Source: Hydrolagus affinis (taxonomy: Eukaryota). From it: a stretch of 64,000 bases of DNA. This document shows, piece after piece, positions 62,533 through 64,000 of the stretch; the stretch's first letter is position 1; each line of letters starts with the position of its first letter. The position numbers and the translations under genes are program-made. The notes below the pieces were generated by a model, which worked only from the letters and a program-made list of their open reading frames with translations, had not been told where the DNA came from and searched no databases. The stretch spans positions 1 through 64,000 of the forward strand of contig JAAILG010001019.1 in the NCBI GenBank assembly GCA_012026655.1. The letters are read 5' to 3'.

Positions 62533-63319
62533 TCAAAATGACTACCATCAAAATCAGTCCATTTGCATTGGATAATGCCTGTGATTTCCTTTTGACCCAT
62601 TTTGTTCACTTCATGTGAGACGCCTCTCAAGCTTTTTCTGTGGGAGGTTGACAAACTAGATCATGGATTTCTGGATGACAGTTAGCCAATGTAGGTTAAT
62701 ATTCAGGTAATGCATTAAGACAGGACACCTCCAATCATTCTGTCTTGCAGCAGTGAAATATTTCACCCTTGAAGCTCAACTTAAAATGTCACTTAGTGCA
62801 AGTGGATGGGTAGATTCAAGGCCACAGTTGACAGTTAGACCCAAGACAGCGCTCCAGCTGCTGTTAATTTAGAAAGGCAAGATGTTCAAATTCCTAATTA
62901 TCTGCATTGGTGGCAACTGTGACTTTTTCAAAGGATGTTATCGGTGAAGAATATATCGGCTTGGCCTACTTAGACTTTAAAGACGGAATCGAATCAGACT
63001 AGAAATCTTTTGGAATGGGCTGGAATAGTGAACATTACTGTTGCTATCTGCTATTCAAACCTTTGGGATTTAATTCTGTGCAGGCAAGTTATAGCCAAGT
63101 CATTCTGTTTTGTTGACAAATGTGCAGGGCATACATTGTCAAAATTTTCATTGTCTCCCTTTATTATAAGCATGCTGCATAATAATAATCCTTGCATTTG
63201 GTAAAGCGCTTTTCACGTCTTCTAGACATCTCTAAGTCACTACACTTAGCACCAAGTGACATTACAGAAGAAACAATGAAAGAAAACATAACATTTAGAG
63301 TTGTGTACCTGTTTTGTAA

Positions 63320-63670
63320 TTATCTCCCGGTAGTGGGGTAAAGAGGGAGAGAGAGAGAGAGGGATGAGCCATTGAGTAAGGCTGGAGAAGGGCTCAGAGA
63401 TTGGGAGAGATAAGGGCACAGAGATGTGTAGGTGTGTGTGTGTGTGTGAGGATCTTAAATGTCAACCATAGGAAGGGAACTAGTGGAACCAGGTGAGGAT
63501 AGACAATGGGAATGCAAAGCTTAATGCAGGTAAGAAATGGCCATATTTTGGATGAGTCAGATTTTGTGGATGGGAGAACTGTGCCGGCCATTGAGGAGGA
63601 CATTGGAAAAACCGAGTCTGGAGGTAGTAAAAAAATGTATCTGCATTTTGCTGTATGTTAATGACTTAGG
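63320..63670 (-). mobile_element. Probable decayed L2 internal (endonuclease-region) fragment with (GA)n and (GT)n microsatellites
   Basis: Purine-rich plus strand typical of antisense L2 and a weak FKIL-like minus-strand peptide. Family assignment is tentative. Confidence 0.35.
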
Positions 63671-64000
63671 CAGCCGATGGTTTGACAGCTATTGTTGCAG
63701 CTCAATTAAATTTACATGGTCTATAATTTAGTCCATAATTCTTGCTAAACAATGCTCTAGCAAACATAGCTAGATGAAGGTAGGGGAAAGATTGCATTCA
63801 ATATTTCTATTTACATATGTAAATATATGATATTCTTTATACAATGAGGCAACTTCAAACATCGTTCAAACATCATTCAATTTCAATAGATTCCACATGG
63901 TAGTTCTCTACCTGCAATCTGTGGTATTAAGGAGACACCTATGTAGACCGTTCTGTATGTAAATTGGTCAGTAAATGGAAGGCTTCAAGCAAACTGAATC

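Noticed and set aside
60267-62618. Cluster of 85-160 aa ORFs
   Set aside because: They are frames of decayed L2 elements and their antisense strands.
42804-64000. Further canonical NAV3 exons (WDDSSSVSSG onward)
   Set aside because: Not found in the ORF track or by eye; presumably beyond the window end.

Overview
This is eukaryotic (vertebrate) genomic DNA, not a prokaryotic window. The repeat content (CR1 and L2 LINEs, tRNA-derived SINEs, Penelope-like remnants) suggests a cartilaginous fish, possibly a chimaera; that assignment is inference. The window lies inside a + strand neuron navigator 3 (NAV3) gene and contains five consecutive internal coding exons (1638-2673, 9780-9895, 25574-25682, 27592-27981, 42684-42803). 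All have GT-AG boundaries and matching phases. The gene start and end are outside the window. The most notable signal is an extra coding exon (21274-21820) in the intron before the GEDPEARR exon. It resembles the N-terminal first exon of the paralog NAV1 and splices in phase onto the next NAV3 exon, implying an internal-promoter, CH-domain-less NAV1-like NAV3 isoform. Other highlights: an intronless USP45-like cDNA fragment (~9072-9392), Penelope-type remnants with a minimal hammerhead-ribozyme fold, a tail-to-tail L2 inverted repeat, two Tc1/mariner-type MITEs, and many ultra-short L2 3' stem-loop insertions. Protein and repeat-family identifications come from recalled sequences, not database searches. 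Repeat boundaries are approximate.
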